Source: Escherichia phage vb_EcoM-VR5. From it: DNA of 64,000 nt. The position numbers were made by a program, and so were the translations under genes. A model generated the notes under the pieces. It was not told the DNA's origin and did not search any database. It was given only the letters and a program-made list of their open reading frames with translations. Of the stretch, positions 56,075 to 64,000 are shown in pieces. Position 1 is the stretch's first letter; every line of letters starts with the position of its first letter. Where the stretch lies: the sequence record NC_028881.1, one strand, 5' to 3'.

Positions 56075-56533
56075 TTAAAGATAGATTACTTTCGTGCTAG
56101 TTTTACCTTCTAAACGTTTAGAGTTAACAAATGCCATACGACATTTTAATGAATATCCTTTATCAGGATGTTTACGATCTACAGTCATACCTAACCATAA
56201 GGTTTTATCGGTAATCTCGAGACGCAGTGGACGATACACTTTACCTGGGACAATTTCAGATTCTACATCAGGCAGAGGTTCCTGGATTAAAAATTCATGG
56301 ATTTCTTTAACATGGTTATGGAGTTGCTTGAATAAAGCAAAAACGTATTTTTCGTCAATTTCACGTTGGATAGCACGGTCCAATAGGTGATTAGAGTACT
56401 TAATAAAGAAAGCTGGGACTCCACTCTTAATGGCGGCTTTTTTGATGGATGTATTCAGTTCACGAAATTCGGTTTCGAACTGACGACGTAATTTGTTGCG
56501 GCGGATGAATACTTCTGAATTAATTTCTGACAT
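56075..56533 (-). CDS. regB: endoribonuclease RegB-like
   Basis: 152-aa ORF; N-terminus EVFIRRNKLRR resembles recalled T4 RegB; position relative to denV. Confidence 0.6.
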   Translation of the reverse strand: MSEINSEVFIRRNKLRRQFETEFRELNTSIKKAAIKSGVPAFFIKYSNHLLDRAIQREIDEKYVFALFKQLHNHVKEIHEFLIQEPLPDVESEIVPGKVYRPLRLEITDKTLWLGMTVDRKHPDKGYSLKCRMAFVNSKRLEGKTSTKVIYL

Positions 56534-56548
56534 TTTGTTTCTCCTGTA

Positions 56549-56589
56549 GTTGATAGGTTTATAGTATCATGCCTACAGGAGATGTAAAC
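56549..56589 (-). promoter_or_regulatory. early promoter family member with SD/anti-SD inverted repeat (upstream of regB)
   Basis: tctcctgtag / ctacaggaga flanking TGATACTATAAACCTATCAAC. Confidence 0.55.
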
Positions 56590-56593
56590 TGCT

Positions 56594-56803
56594 TTATTCT
56601 TGGAATGGTGTGAGTTTTCCAGCTATCGAACAAATTTCTACCATTGCAGGATAAAACTCTTTCACTTGTTCAAGGCGCTGGACAGCGTACCGCATTTCGC
56701 CTTCTTCAAGACAAGCCACTTGGTCATCGAGCAAATATTTGTGGTAACCAGTACAGGCTTCACTAATGATACGTTGGAATTCTTGCAAACTTTCAATTTT
56801 CAC
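56594..56803 (-). CDS. hypothetical protein (69 aa)
   Basis: ORF. Confidence 0.5.
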   Translation of the reverse strand: MKIESLQEFQRIISEACTGYHKYLLDDQVACLEEGEMRYAVQRLEQVKEFYPAMVEICSIAGKLTPFQE

Positions 56804-57066
56804 TAGTATTTTTCCTCAGGTCGAAATACTGCACGACATGCCCACATGCTGGCTTCTTTTAGATGTTGCTTAGCATACTTAAGAGCCTGCACTGCATCCA
56901 TATCTTCTTTGGTTTGTTGCTCGGTTTCATTTTCTTTAAAGATATATGCTTCTTCAATCAGAGCATCAAACATCAATCCAAGACGGACTTCTGCATCTTT
57001 AATAGCGTTCACTTTACCGATTTTATCGTCGGTATGTGGCTTGTAACCTTTGATATCTTCAATCAT
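56803..57066 (-). CDS. hypothetical protein (87 aa)
   Basis: ORF. Confidence 0.5.
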   Translation of the reverse strand: MIEDIKGYKPHTDDKIGKVNAIKDAEVRLGLMFDALIEEAYIFKENETEQQTKEDMDAVQALKYAKQHLKEASMWACRAVFRPEEKY

Positions 57067-57320
57067 TTCACTTCCTCACCTGTTGCAATATCATATTCAA
57101 CTAAACGAAGACCATCTGTCCACCCTTGAACAGAGATATAGGTGGTCGGGTAAACCAGTTCTTTACCATTCCACTGACCGCCGTCCCAAACTTCTAGAAA
57201 GCTTTGTTCGCCTGGTCCATTAAACCATTCAACGAATCTTTTCAAGGCTGCATCAGAGCCTTCGATCGTCAGTTTAGACATATTTTTTCCAGTCATTAAC
57301 CATACGAACCTCTTGGTCAT
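57063..57320 (-). CDS. hypothetical protein (85 aa)
   Basis: ORF. Confidence 0.5.
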   Translation of the reverse strand: MTKRFVWLMTGKNMSKLTIEGSDAALKRFVEWFNGPGEQSFLEVWDGGQWNGKELVYPTTYISVQGWTDGLRLVEYDIATGEEVK

Positions 57321-57570
57321 ATGTCAGGAGGCTACGAGTTATAATACCCTTACACGGTCCTGAGATGAACTCGAGAGTGAAGTAAGGAACCTGTTTCATT
57401 AATCGGATACTTGGAGCATGGCATCTAAAACGAGAGCCCGTAAAGGGCCCTGACATGAACACGTATTCTAATGGGTAGAAATAAGCATATTCAAAATTTA
57501 TAGTAAGGTCTTCTCTTCGAACCTTACGTGAGAAATAGCAGAACTCAAAAAGCTCTTCATCAGTCATCAT
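57274..57570 (-). CDS. hypothetical protein (98 aa)
   Basis: ORF. Confidence 0.5.
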   Translation of the reverse strand: MMTDEELFEFCYFSRKVRREDLTINFEYAYFYPLEYVFMSGPFTGSRFRCHAPSIRLMKQVPYFTLEFISGPCKGIITRSLLTYDQEVRMVNDWKKYV

Positions 57571-58094
57571 TGCATTCCTATCACAAAGAACAAGGGCAGA
57601 GGTTTATTACCTTGGCACATAAATTTATTCATCATTACCTGGTAAGCTTCATAGAACTTATCCATCGCTGGAAGTCGCATAGGCTCTTCGATAATAATCA
57701 ATAATCGAGTAACAGATAATCCACGATACTTATGGAAGTTATCTTCGTCTAAAAATGAACGAACGGTATCATAGGCGATAAATCCAGGGCGTTCTACTTG
57801 AAGATGTGGTTGTGCCTTAGAAACCTGTTTTATTACATTACAGATTTCTCGTGAGCGATGTGAAGAACTTGACATAACAATAACATCATTACCCTTAGAG
57901 ACCCAATCAGCTGCGAACTGGGCAAGGGCACTTGTTTTACCTGTTTGACGACCGCCATCAAGCCTAAGAGTACCAAACTCTTGCATTCTTGAAGTGGGTT
58001 CATACCAGGTGTATTGGTCTGAGTCTAAACGTTCAATGGCGCGTTCAGCGAAGGCGTGCATTAAGGTTAGATAAATTGGAGTTAAAAATTTCAT
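57567..58094 (-). CDS. P-loop NTPase (175 aa)
   Basis: Walker A GGRQTGKTS. Confidence 0.6.
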   Translation of the reverse strand: MKFLTPIYLTLMHAFAERAIERLDSDQYTWYEPTSRMQEFGTLRLDGGRQTGKTSALAQFAADWVSKGNDVIVMSSSSHRSREICNVIKQVSKAQPHLQVERPGFIAYDTVRSFLDEDNFHKYRGLSVTRLLIIIEEPMRLPAMDKFYEAYQVMMNKFMCQGNKPLPLFFVIGMQ

Positions 58095-58226
58095 AGTTGT
58101 CTCTTAGTAGGGGCCATTCCTTGGCACATAATTCATCCCTTTCTGCATTTACCCATTACCGCACTTGGGCTCGACCTTATTACAGGTTGGTGGGAGTCCC
58201 TCAGTATTGAGGTCCAGGTTGCTCCC

Positions 58227-58643
58227 TTATGCATAAATCGCCTTACTGTAATATTTATACCAGGTAGGGCGTTGTGCAATTTTTTCGTCTAAACGGGCCT
58301 GTGATATAACGATAGAAGCTTCATGGGGGATATAATCACCACGGAATTCCTGAGGAATATCACTAATATCCTGGACTGTAGTATCCTTGATATTAAACCC
58401 ACGTTTTAGACATTCGTCTATAAGCTCAATTTGACGTTTACGTAAGAACTCGAGCTTATCGTAAAAGAATGTAACATGACCTGTGCCAAGGATAAAAGTA
58501 GGACTGATTTTAAAATCACGAACCCGTTTACCATTAGCAACATGCTTACGAACTGCACCAAAAACACGTGGTAATTCACGATATTCGGCCATTAAGTGTT
58601 GGTCAGCCAATTCAGATACTAAAGTAAGGTTGATACGAGTCAT
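58227..58643 (-). CDS. denV: endonuclease V (pyrimidine dimer DNA glycosylase)
   Basis: 138-aa ORF, same length as T4 DenV; N-terminus MTRINLTLV. Confidence 0.88.
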   Translation of the reverse strand: MTRINLTLVSELADQHLMAEYRELPRVFGAVRKHVANGKRVRDFKISPTFILGTGHVTFFYDKLEFLRKRQIELIDECLKRGFNIKDTTVQDISDIPQEFRGDYIPHEASIVISQARLDEKIAQRPTWYKYYSKAIYA

Positions 58644-58658
58644 TTTAATCTCCTGTAG

Positions 58659-58698
58659 TTGATAGGTCTATAGTATCATACCTACAGGAGATGTAAAC
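58659..58698 (-). promoter_or_regulatory. early promoter family member with SD/anti-SD inverted repeat (upstream of denV)
   Basis: atctcctgtag / ctacaggagat flanking TGATACTATAGACCTATCAAC. Confidence 0.55.
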
Positions 58699-58707
58699 TA
58701 CTATGAA

Positions 58708-59007
58708 CTAGAAAGAACCAGAGCCTTTAATTGTGTTCTGGCGTCCTTTATTTTCTACTTCAGAGTGGTCGATTTCGTAAGCTTGTGCTACACCAAAGGA
58801 TTTTTTAATTTTGGCCAACGACCCTTTAGAAATAACAATGTTAAAGGTATTGCCTTTAGAAAAATCTACCAAATCTACAGTAACGCCGTTATTGGTTAAA
58901 CTATTAACAATAGCATCAACATATTGTTGGTCTAAAGTTCCCTGAACGCCGATTTGAAAAGCTTTAGGTGCTTTAGCTTCAGTGATAAATTCTTGATATG
59001 TTTTCAT
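58708..59007 (-). CDS. ipII: internal protein II
   Basis: 99-aa ORF with N-terminal capsid targeting sequence MKTYQEFITEA. Confidence 0.7.
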   Translation of the reverse strand: MKTYQEFITEAKAPKAFQIGVQGTLDQQYVDAIVNSLTNNGVTVDLVDFSKGNTFNIVISKGSLAKIKKSFGVAQAYEIDHSEVENKGRQNTIKGSGSF

Positions 59008-59140
59008 TTCAAATCCTAGCTGGTTTTAATTAAAAGCCATTCCGTGGCTCATTAGTTAAGGTTAATCCCTTCCTGCAGTACCTGTTCGAGTGCTCGGGCC
59101 CTCCTCATAGAGGTTAGACCCTGTTAGACTTTATTAGGAA

Positions 59141-59710
59141 TTAACGGGCTGCATTAGCAACAGCGTAAGCGTACTGAATATTAGCGTCTTTAAACTTACC
59201 TTTAGAGGTATCTATTTCTGCCTTAAAGCCGCCTTTAGTCATAACATCGGCAAATTCTTTACGGAAAGCCATTGCATCAAGACCTTTCCATGATGATTTA
59301 TGCTTGGCAAATTCAAGACCTGCGAAGTTGACAGCTTTAGCCAATTTATTATCAATAGCCCATTTACCGGCTTTAGGCACAAACTTCGGGCCCTTCTGTT
59401 TAGAGAACAGTTTTAAATTCCAGCGGCGAAGGTCCGAATCAGCTTTAACAAATTCGGAGTCTAAATTACTAGCAACAACATCGTCAATATGAGCGAATTT
59501 AAGTCCGTCAACTTCAATATTTAGGTCGTTACGCCAGCGAAGTCCTTCCCAGGCGAAAGCTTTAAAGTCAGAAGCTTTTGTAGCTAAGTACCGTTCAATA
59601 GGAGCTGTTTTAGCGTCAAAACCGTTTCCTCGGTAGGTCCACTCATCTTTGTTAATGCCTTGGGCTTTTCCTACAGAAGCTTCGGCGATAAATTCTTTAT
59701 ATGTTTTCAT
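59141..59710 (-). CDS. ipIII: internal protein III
   Basis: 189-aa ORF with MKTYKEFIAEA capsid targeting sequence. Confidence 0.7.
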   Translation of the reverse strand: MKTYKEFIAEASVGKAQGINKDEWTYRGNGFDAKTAPIERYLATKASDFKAFAWEGLRWRNDLNIEVDGLKFAHIDDVVASNLDSEFVKADSDLRRWNLKLFSKQKGPKFVPKAGKWAIDNKLAKAVNFAGLEFAKHKSSWKGLDAMAFRKEFADVMTKGGFKAEIDTSKGKFKDANIQYAYAVANAAR

Positions 59711-59754
59711 GTGTTTCCTTTAAATATTTTAATTAGCGATTTGACTGTTTAAGT

Positions 59755-59794
59755 AACTGTGAATATAGTATCATGACCACAGATCAAAGTAAAC
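59755..59794 (-). promoter_or_regulatory. early promoter family member upstream of ipIII
   Basis: GTTTAC ... TGATACTATATTCAC. Confidence 0.5.
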
Positions 59795-59798
59795 AAAT

Positions 59799-60293
59799 TT
59801 ATAGATTTTTATACGCGTCCCAAGTGCCAGTTCTAAACGTTGCAATGACTCGCTTAGCTCGGTTGGGGGTCTGTTTGTACCAACGAGATTGCGCTAGGTT
59901 AACTGCGGCCTCATCCCAACGTTTTTGTTGGAGCATACGAAGAGAGTTAGTAAATCCTGCTACACCAGCTTCACCCATTTGGAAGACCATATTAATTAGT
60001 GCGCAACGACGAACTTCGTCAAGCACATCATAAACAGGTTTCAATTTAGGATTACGCAAAATAGCCCTACGAGCATTTTCCACTGAACGATTAAAGAGTT
60101 GTTCTGCTTCAGTCATTGTAATACGACCATTACAAACTCGACCCATAAGTTTATCAAGTTCAGCACGAGCAACATCTTTAGAAGGATTCTTGGTTATCAA
60201 TTGGCCGATGCCAATAGTCCAATAACCTTCGGTGTCTTTATAAAGATTTAAATCAAGACCTTCGTCTTGACGTAACATATCAAAAATATCCAT
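59799..60293 (-). CDS. e: lysozyme (endolysin, T4 e)
   Basis: 164-aa ORF; catalytic-region motifs of T4 lysozyme ([11 protein letters not shown], ...[10 protein letters not shown]...[10 protein letters not shown]). Confidence 0.92.
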   Translation of the reverse strand: MDIFDMLRQDEGLDLNLYKDTEGYWTIGIGQLITKNPSKDVARAELDKLMGRVCNGRITMTEAEQLFNRSVENARRAILRNPKLKPVYDVLDEVRRCALINMVFQMGEAGVAGFTNSLRMLQQKRWDEAAVNLAQSRWYKQTPNRAKRVIATFRTGTWDAYKNL

Positions 60294-60319
60294 AATACCT
60301 CCTGAGTATAGGAGGTATT
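60294..60319 (-). promoter_or_regulatory. SD-sequestering hairpin upstream of lysozyme gene e
   Basis: aatacctcc-(8 nt)-ggaggtatt perfect 9-bp stem containing GGAGG immediately before ATG; AATAAATA late-promoter-like element abuts it. Confidence 0.55.
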
Positions 60320-60327
60320 TATTATTC

Positions 60328-60777
60328 TTAGAACATTGAGCTCAGAACCTTATACATCGACTGGCCCATGACATATTCCCATTGTGGACGTTTAATCAAG
60401 GCGAAAGCATCGAACTCAGGAATACTACGACCGTCAGGGAACGTATGATAAGCCGTACATTTGCAATTCTTGAACTGCTCGTGTTCCACAGGCACAGTAT
60501 ATAAGAACAGGTGTAGATTCTTATTGCTGGAATATTTGAACTCACCTAGGTCTTTCAGGAACGCAGGGTCATATGCAGTGAATCCAATCTCTTCTTCGGT
60601 TTCACGCATAGCAGCTTGGATAGGCTCTTCACCTGATTCAACATGACCTTTAGGAATGTCCCATTTATGACGCATATTCTCTGGATTACGAGAACCTGTT
60701 ACACGACCCATGACTAGTTCTTTATCAACGGTCATGAACAAAATACCAGCGGATAATTCTTTAACTTTCTTACTCAT
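60328..60777 (-). CDS. nudE: Nudix hydrolase (NudE-like); start uncertain
   Basis: Nudix box [23 protein letters not shown]; start set at MSKKVKE. Confidence 0.65.
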   Translation of the reverse strand: MSKKVKELSAGILFMTVDKELVMGRVTGSRNPENMRHKWDIPKGHVESGEEPIQAAMRETEEEIGFTAYDPAFLKDLGEFKYSSNKNLHLFLYTVPVEHEQFKNCKCTAYHTFPDGRSIPEFDAFALIKRPQWEYVMGQSMYKVLSSMF

Positions 60778-61006
60778 AATCACGTTCCCAAGATTTTTTA
60801 AAGATTTCGGCCATAATAATTTCAATGCGTGTTTCTGTTGAAGGAGATTCACTATCAGAAGTTTGAACTCTGTATTCAGAAATCGGGCGTAACAAGTCCA
60901 GGTCAATTTCTAAATCATCTTTGATTTCAACTTCAGGCGTACCTTTATCATAGGAATACAGGTAAGAATCACATGACTCTGATTTAATATAAATTGCAAT
61001 ACTCAT
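60770..61006 (-). CDS. hypothetical protein (78 aa)
   Basis: ORF. Confidence 0.45.
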   Translation of the reverse strand: MSIAIYIKSESCDSYLYSYDKGTPEVEIKDDLEIDLDLLRPISEYRVQTSDSESPSTETRIEIIMAEIFKKSWERDYE

Positions 61007-61596
61007 TTACGACATTCCTCAATAAAATCATTTAAGTTCTTTTTAGTTTTACCTTCGTCATAAAGACGTTGTTGACGACGTAAACGCCATGGCATTTCAA
61101 TAGCCAGACACCAGATACTTAAGGCAACGCCTGCGGTAAAAAGGTTCATTAACCCGGCGCCAATAATGGTTCGTTCTAACGCATCATTCCAGTTTACATC
61201 AATTAAAAACGAGCTCAGCACTAGCATCGGAAGTAAAGTAATAAGATATGCCACTACATATCGTCCAAACGTAAGCCATTCGGTATCAATGAGCTTTGCC
61301 TTTCCATCTTGGAAGCAAATATACTTATCGTCAGTGCGAGTAATTTTCTTTGCAGGTTGCCAGCCATTTACAATATAACCCATTTTATATTCCTCAATTA
61401 AAAGCTCTTTCATATGACGGTTACAATGCGACCAATCTACTGTACTAGCTGCAATTCCTTCATCACCATCATCAAGATTTCGCCAGGACTTTTTAATAAC
61501 CATATTTTCACCGCTTGGTACAATGATTCCGGCGTTTTCAGAACGACGGACGAAGTTCACATCTAGGCCCATACATCCGGGTTCATAAAGAGCCAT
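61003..61596 (-). CDS. hypothetical membrane-associated protein (197 aa)
   Basis: ORF with hydrophobic segments. Confidence 0.55.
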   Translation of the reverse strand: MALYEPGCMGLDVNFVRRSENAGIIVPSGENMVIKKSWRNLDDGDEGIAASTVDWSHCNRHMKELLIEEYKMGYIVNGWQPAKKITRTDDKYICFQDGKAKLIDTEWLTFGRYVVAYLITLLPMLVLSSFLIDVNWNDALERTIIGAGLMNLFTAGVALSIWCLAIEMPWRLRRQQRLYDEGKTKKNLNDFIEECRK

Positions 61597-62282
61597 TACC
61601 AGCCCTCCATAGGGAATTCAAGATAAACTTGAGCATTGACACGGATTTCATTGGTAATATTTTTAACACGGTCAGTGTTACGAGATACACGTCCAAACCA
61701 GCGCCATCCATTACTTACCGTACGAGAACCGGTATGCCAGGTTTGCCAATCAAACTGCAAGAGTGTACGGTCTGGAGCTTCCCACTGTTCCAATTCACCT
61801 GATTCAATTTTAGCCAAGACTTCTTTGTGCCATTGGCGATAAATCAATTCACCTTCCGGGATTTCACTAAAGGTAGCTTCACCGGTAGCAAAATGGGTAG
61901 GACACACATCAGCGTTAACAAGACCAAGAATGTGTTCAGACAAATAGCGAGGATTGTCATAATCAGGTTGTCCTGCAGTAATAAAATGTTGGCCTGTTGG
62001 AATAGGTGGACGAGGAACATCGTCATGGTGATAACCTGGGATAGCCGGATACCAGCCTGGCATCAACATATGCACACGCGAATCAAACACTACTTGGTCA
62101 TTGTTCCAATCATCAGGCAAGTTCATAATAAAAGAGCGTGTAATACGGTCACCGTTATTATAAGCAAATTCTAAACTACAGTTGAAGAACATCGGTTCGT
62201 TCTTGATTTTATCATTAGAAATACCGCCAGCAAAACCACCTACTGCACGAGCTTGACTATTAAAAGTTTTAGGACCGTTCAT
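61596..62282 (-). CDS. hypothetical protein (228 aa; ATG with RBS GAGGAAA)
   Basis: ORF. Confidence 0.55.
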   Translation of the reverse strand: MNGPKTFNSQARAVGGFAGGISNDKIKNEPMFFNCSLEFAYNNGDRITRSFIMNLPDDWNNDQVVFDSRVHMLMPGWYPAIPGYHHDDVPRPPIPTGQHFITAGQPDYDNPRYLSEHILGLVNADVCPTHFATGEATFSEIPEGELIYRQWHKEVLAKIESGELEQWEAPDRTLLQFDWQTWHTGSRTVSNGWRWFGRVSRNTDRVKNITNEIRVNAQVYLEFPMEGW

Positions 62283-62295
62283 AATATTTTCCTCA

Positions 62296-62520
62296 TTACT
62301 TTTTATTGAAAAAGTACATTTTACCTTTAGGAGATAAAGATACACGAAGCGCGTTACCGATACCAACTGAACATTTAACCAGGTCAGCAGATTTCAATTC
62401 ACCAAACGCTTGACGAAGGTCACCATCACGAGTGTTAACCATCAGGCATTTAGCACCAGCTGCACGAACTTCGTTTAACATGTTGATTGCGTTAGTAGAA
62501 AGTTTCATTTTATTCTCCAT
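62296..62520 (-). CDS. hypothetical protein (74 aa)
   Basis: ORF downstream of promoter motif. Confidence 0.45.
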   Translation of the reverse strand: MENKMKLSTNAINMLNEVRAAGAKCLMVNTRDGDLRQAFGELKSADLVKCSVGIGNALRVSLSPKGKMYFFNKK

Positions 62521-62534
62521 TTCACTCTGTTGTT

Positions 62535-62574
62535 TTGATAGGTCTATAGTATCACACCTATAGACCTTGTACAC
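62535..62574 (-). promoter_or_regulatory. early promoter family member (variant -35 GTGTAC)
   Basis: ggtctatag / ctatagacc inverted repeat around TGATACTATAGACCTATCAAAAC. Confidence 0.5.
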
Positions 62575-62586
62575 TGTTTTATGCAA

Positions 62587-63546
62587 TTATTTTTCGAAAG
62601 GTCGAATTAAATGATGATTGTCTTGGAATCGCTTGATGTAATCATTTTCACCTAAAGCCTTATACATATTCACTACAGCTTGATAGTTTTCCCACGCGTA
62701 TTCGCGGAACCACCCGGAAGTGATAGAGGTGCACACTTTCTCAAGAGCCATATAGAAACTTGTGGCCGCTGGGATATTGAAGTCATTAGGAACCTGTGAA
62801 CGTTCTAGGGCCAGGACACAAGTTTCTTCGTATACGCCGGCCAGTTTAATAGCTTCAGGCAAAGCTTCAAACTTCTCACGAGAGGTCATGACTTCAGACC
62901 CATCTTTCATATAAAAGGTATACGCTGGACGTCCGGCCAGGGCCACAGCTTCATGGATAGAGTCGTGGTCTAATGTATAAATGATATCATTAAAGAATGA
63001 AGATTTGTTAACGTCTAGTTTAGGGTGAGAATAGCTCAACGTTTCTTTCTGACGTTGCAGCATGATTTCTCGGAGCTCTTCGTTCAGGGTTACACCCTTA
63101 TTACGAAGGTATTTGATATGGGACATCGTCTTCAAAAAGAACGGGTTGTTCTTCAAATAACGGTGGCTCATTTTGATAGCTAGACAGATATCAGGTGTAG
63201 CCCAATAGAAACCTGTCATACGATCTTTCTTAATATGATTTTCAGCATATTTCAGAAGACGATAGCTTGAGGTGAAGTCTTCATCTTGAAGCTCATCAGT
63301 GATTTCTCGTACGTTAGTCAAAGCGCGAACGATATAAGCTTCAAAATAGGTTTCTTTACCGTTGTGCATACATTTGAAAGCCTGAACATCAGGGTTATCT
63401 ACGTGTACATGGGCACCGAACATCTGCGCTTTAAAGTTATTCCATGAACCCTGGTCGGCAATGAAATCCCAATCAGAATTTTCGATATATTTACTTTCAA
63501 TTAATCCGGCATGGTGCAGGGCCCGAGAGCCAATAACTAACATCAT
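62587..63546 (-). CDS. hypothetical protein (319 aa; ATG with RBS GAGGAAA)
   Basis: ORF. Confidence 0.6.
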   Translation of the reverse strand: MMLVIGSRALHHAGLIESKYIENSDWDFIADQGSWNNFKAQMFGAHVHVDNPDVQAFKCMHNGKETYFEAYIVRALTNVREITDELQDEDFTSSYRLLKYAENHIKKDRMTGFYWATPDICLAIKMSHRYLKNNPFFLKTMSHIKYLRNKGVTLNEELREIMLQRQKETLSYSHPKLDVNKSSFFNDIIYTLDHDSIHEAVALAGRPAYTFYMKDGSEVMTSREKFEALPEAIKLAGVYEETCVLALERSQVPNDFNIPAATSFYMALEKVCTSITSGWFREYAWENYQAVVNMYKALGENDYIKRFQDNHHLIRPFEK

Positions 63547-63565
63547 AATATTTTCCTCAGTAAAC

Positions 63566-63805
63566 TTAAATTTCTGCAACGTAATCGTTATGCAATTCCC
63601 ACATATCGTCAGAATTACTCTTCACGATAGGAATTATCTCATTAGAGATTTCTTCTGCATAAGGGTCATTGATACAATGAGCCTCTTCAAAACGAACACC
63701 GTAATCAGACTTCTTATAGGCAAACCCATAAATCTTTTTAAACTTGGTCCGACTAATGCGCGCCGGCTCATCAGATTTATCAGACAACGGAGAGTAATAC
63801 CACAT
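63566..63805 (-). CDS. hypothetical protein (79 aa)
   Basis: ORF with promoter-like motif upstream. Confidence 0.5.
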   Translation of the reverse strand: MWYYSPLSDKSDEPARISRTKFKKIYGFAYKKSDYGVRFEEAHCINDPYAEEISNEIIPIVKSNSDDMWELHNDYVAEI

Positions 63806-63822
63806 AATGTTCTCCTCATGTT

Positions 63823-63862
63823 TGTGTATGGTAATAGTACCACAGTTTTCTAGAGTTGTACA
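63823..63862 (-). promoter_or_regulatory. early-type promoter (TGTACA, 17 nt, TGGTACTAT)
   Basis: hexamers at canonical spacing upstream of ORF 63566-63805. Confidence 0.4.
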
Positions 63863-64000
63863 TCACTTCTGCAATATTCTAAAAATAATTTATTGTTGTC
63901 AACTGTATCCCAACGTCGCCAAGATGGATTCCAGACCAAAGCGTTGTCACCACAATCATTGAGCTTAAAATGGTCATAGTACATAGCTATATGTCTAGTC

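Noticed and set aside
58095-58226. Intergenic element upstream of the P-loop gene as a tRNA or small RNA gene
   Set aside because: No tRNA-like T-loop (GTTCGA) or acceptor-stem pairing found; retained only as an unexplained conserved element in the findings.
60320-64000. tRNA genes expected near lysozyme e and nudE in T4
   Set aside because: Intergenic gaps here are too short and I found no cloverleaf-like T-arm or anticodon-arm signatures; the tRNA cluster, if present, is probably outside this window. No tRNA scan was run.
1-64000. CRISPR arrays, integrase or transposase genes, rRNA
   Set aside because: No direct-repeat/spacer arrays and no recognisable integrase or transposase motifs; the only repeats are promoter and terminator families.

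Overview
This window is a segment of a T4-like (T-even, Tevenvirinae) myovirus genome. Nearly every gene is on the minus strand, in T4 order: rIIA, topo II gene 39 (fused 39+60 form), dexA, dda, modA/modB, soc, 56, 61, 41, 40, uvsX, a gene-42-like hydroxymethylase, 43, regA, 62, 44, 45, rpbA, 46, 47, 55, 49, nrdC, tk, regB, denV, ipII, ipIII, e, nudE. Identifications rest on the translated ORFs, recognisable motifs and synteny; several proteins look closer to RB69 than to T4, but that is from memory and no database search was run. The main candidate for something new is the uvsX-to-gene-43 interval: the beta-glucosyltransferase slot holds an unrelated 297-aa protein, the hydroxymethylase is divergent, and three extra translationally coupled genes follow (a thymidylate-kinase-like kinase, a HAD phosphatase, and a nucleotidyltransferase fused to an APH/choline-kinase-like kinase). 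No alpha-gt lies between 47 and 55. Together this suggests a non-glucose DNA hypermodification or activated-sugar pathway, which is inference and needs chemical confirmation. Other points of interest are an early-promoter family (at least 20 copies) in which the spacer is the reverse complement of the downstream Shine-Dalgarno region, an unannotated 53-aa late ORF with an internal-protein-like capsid targeting sequence, two freestanding homing endonucleases (HNH and GIY-YIG) sharing a C-terminal domain, a lone plus-strand membrane-peptide gene, and paired homologous intergenic elements near ipII and denV. Adjusted start coordinates, small ORFs and motif positions were derived by hand and may be off by a few bases. 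No tRNA, rRNA or CRISPR features were found.
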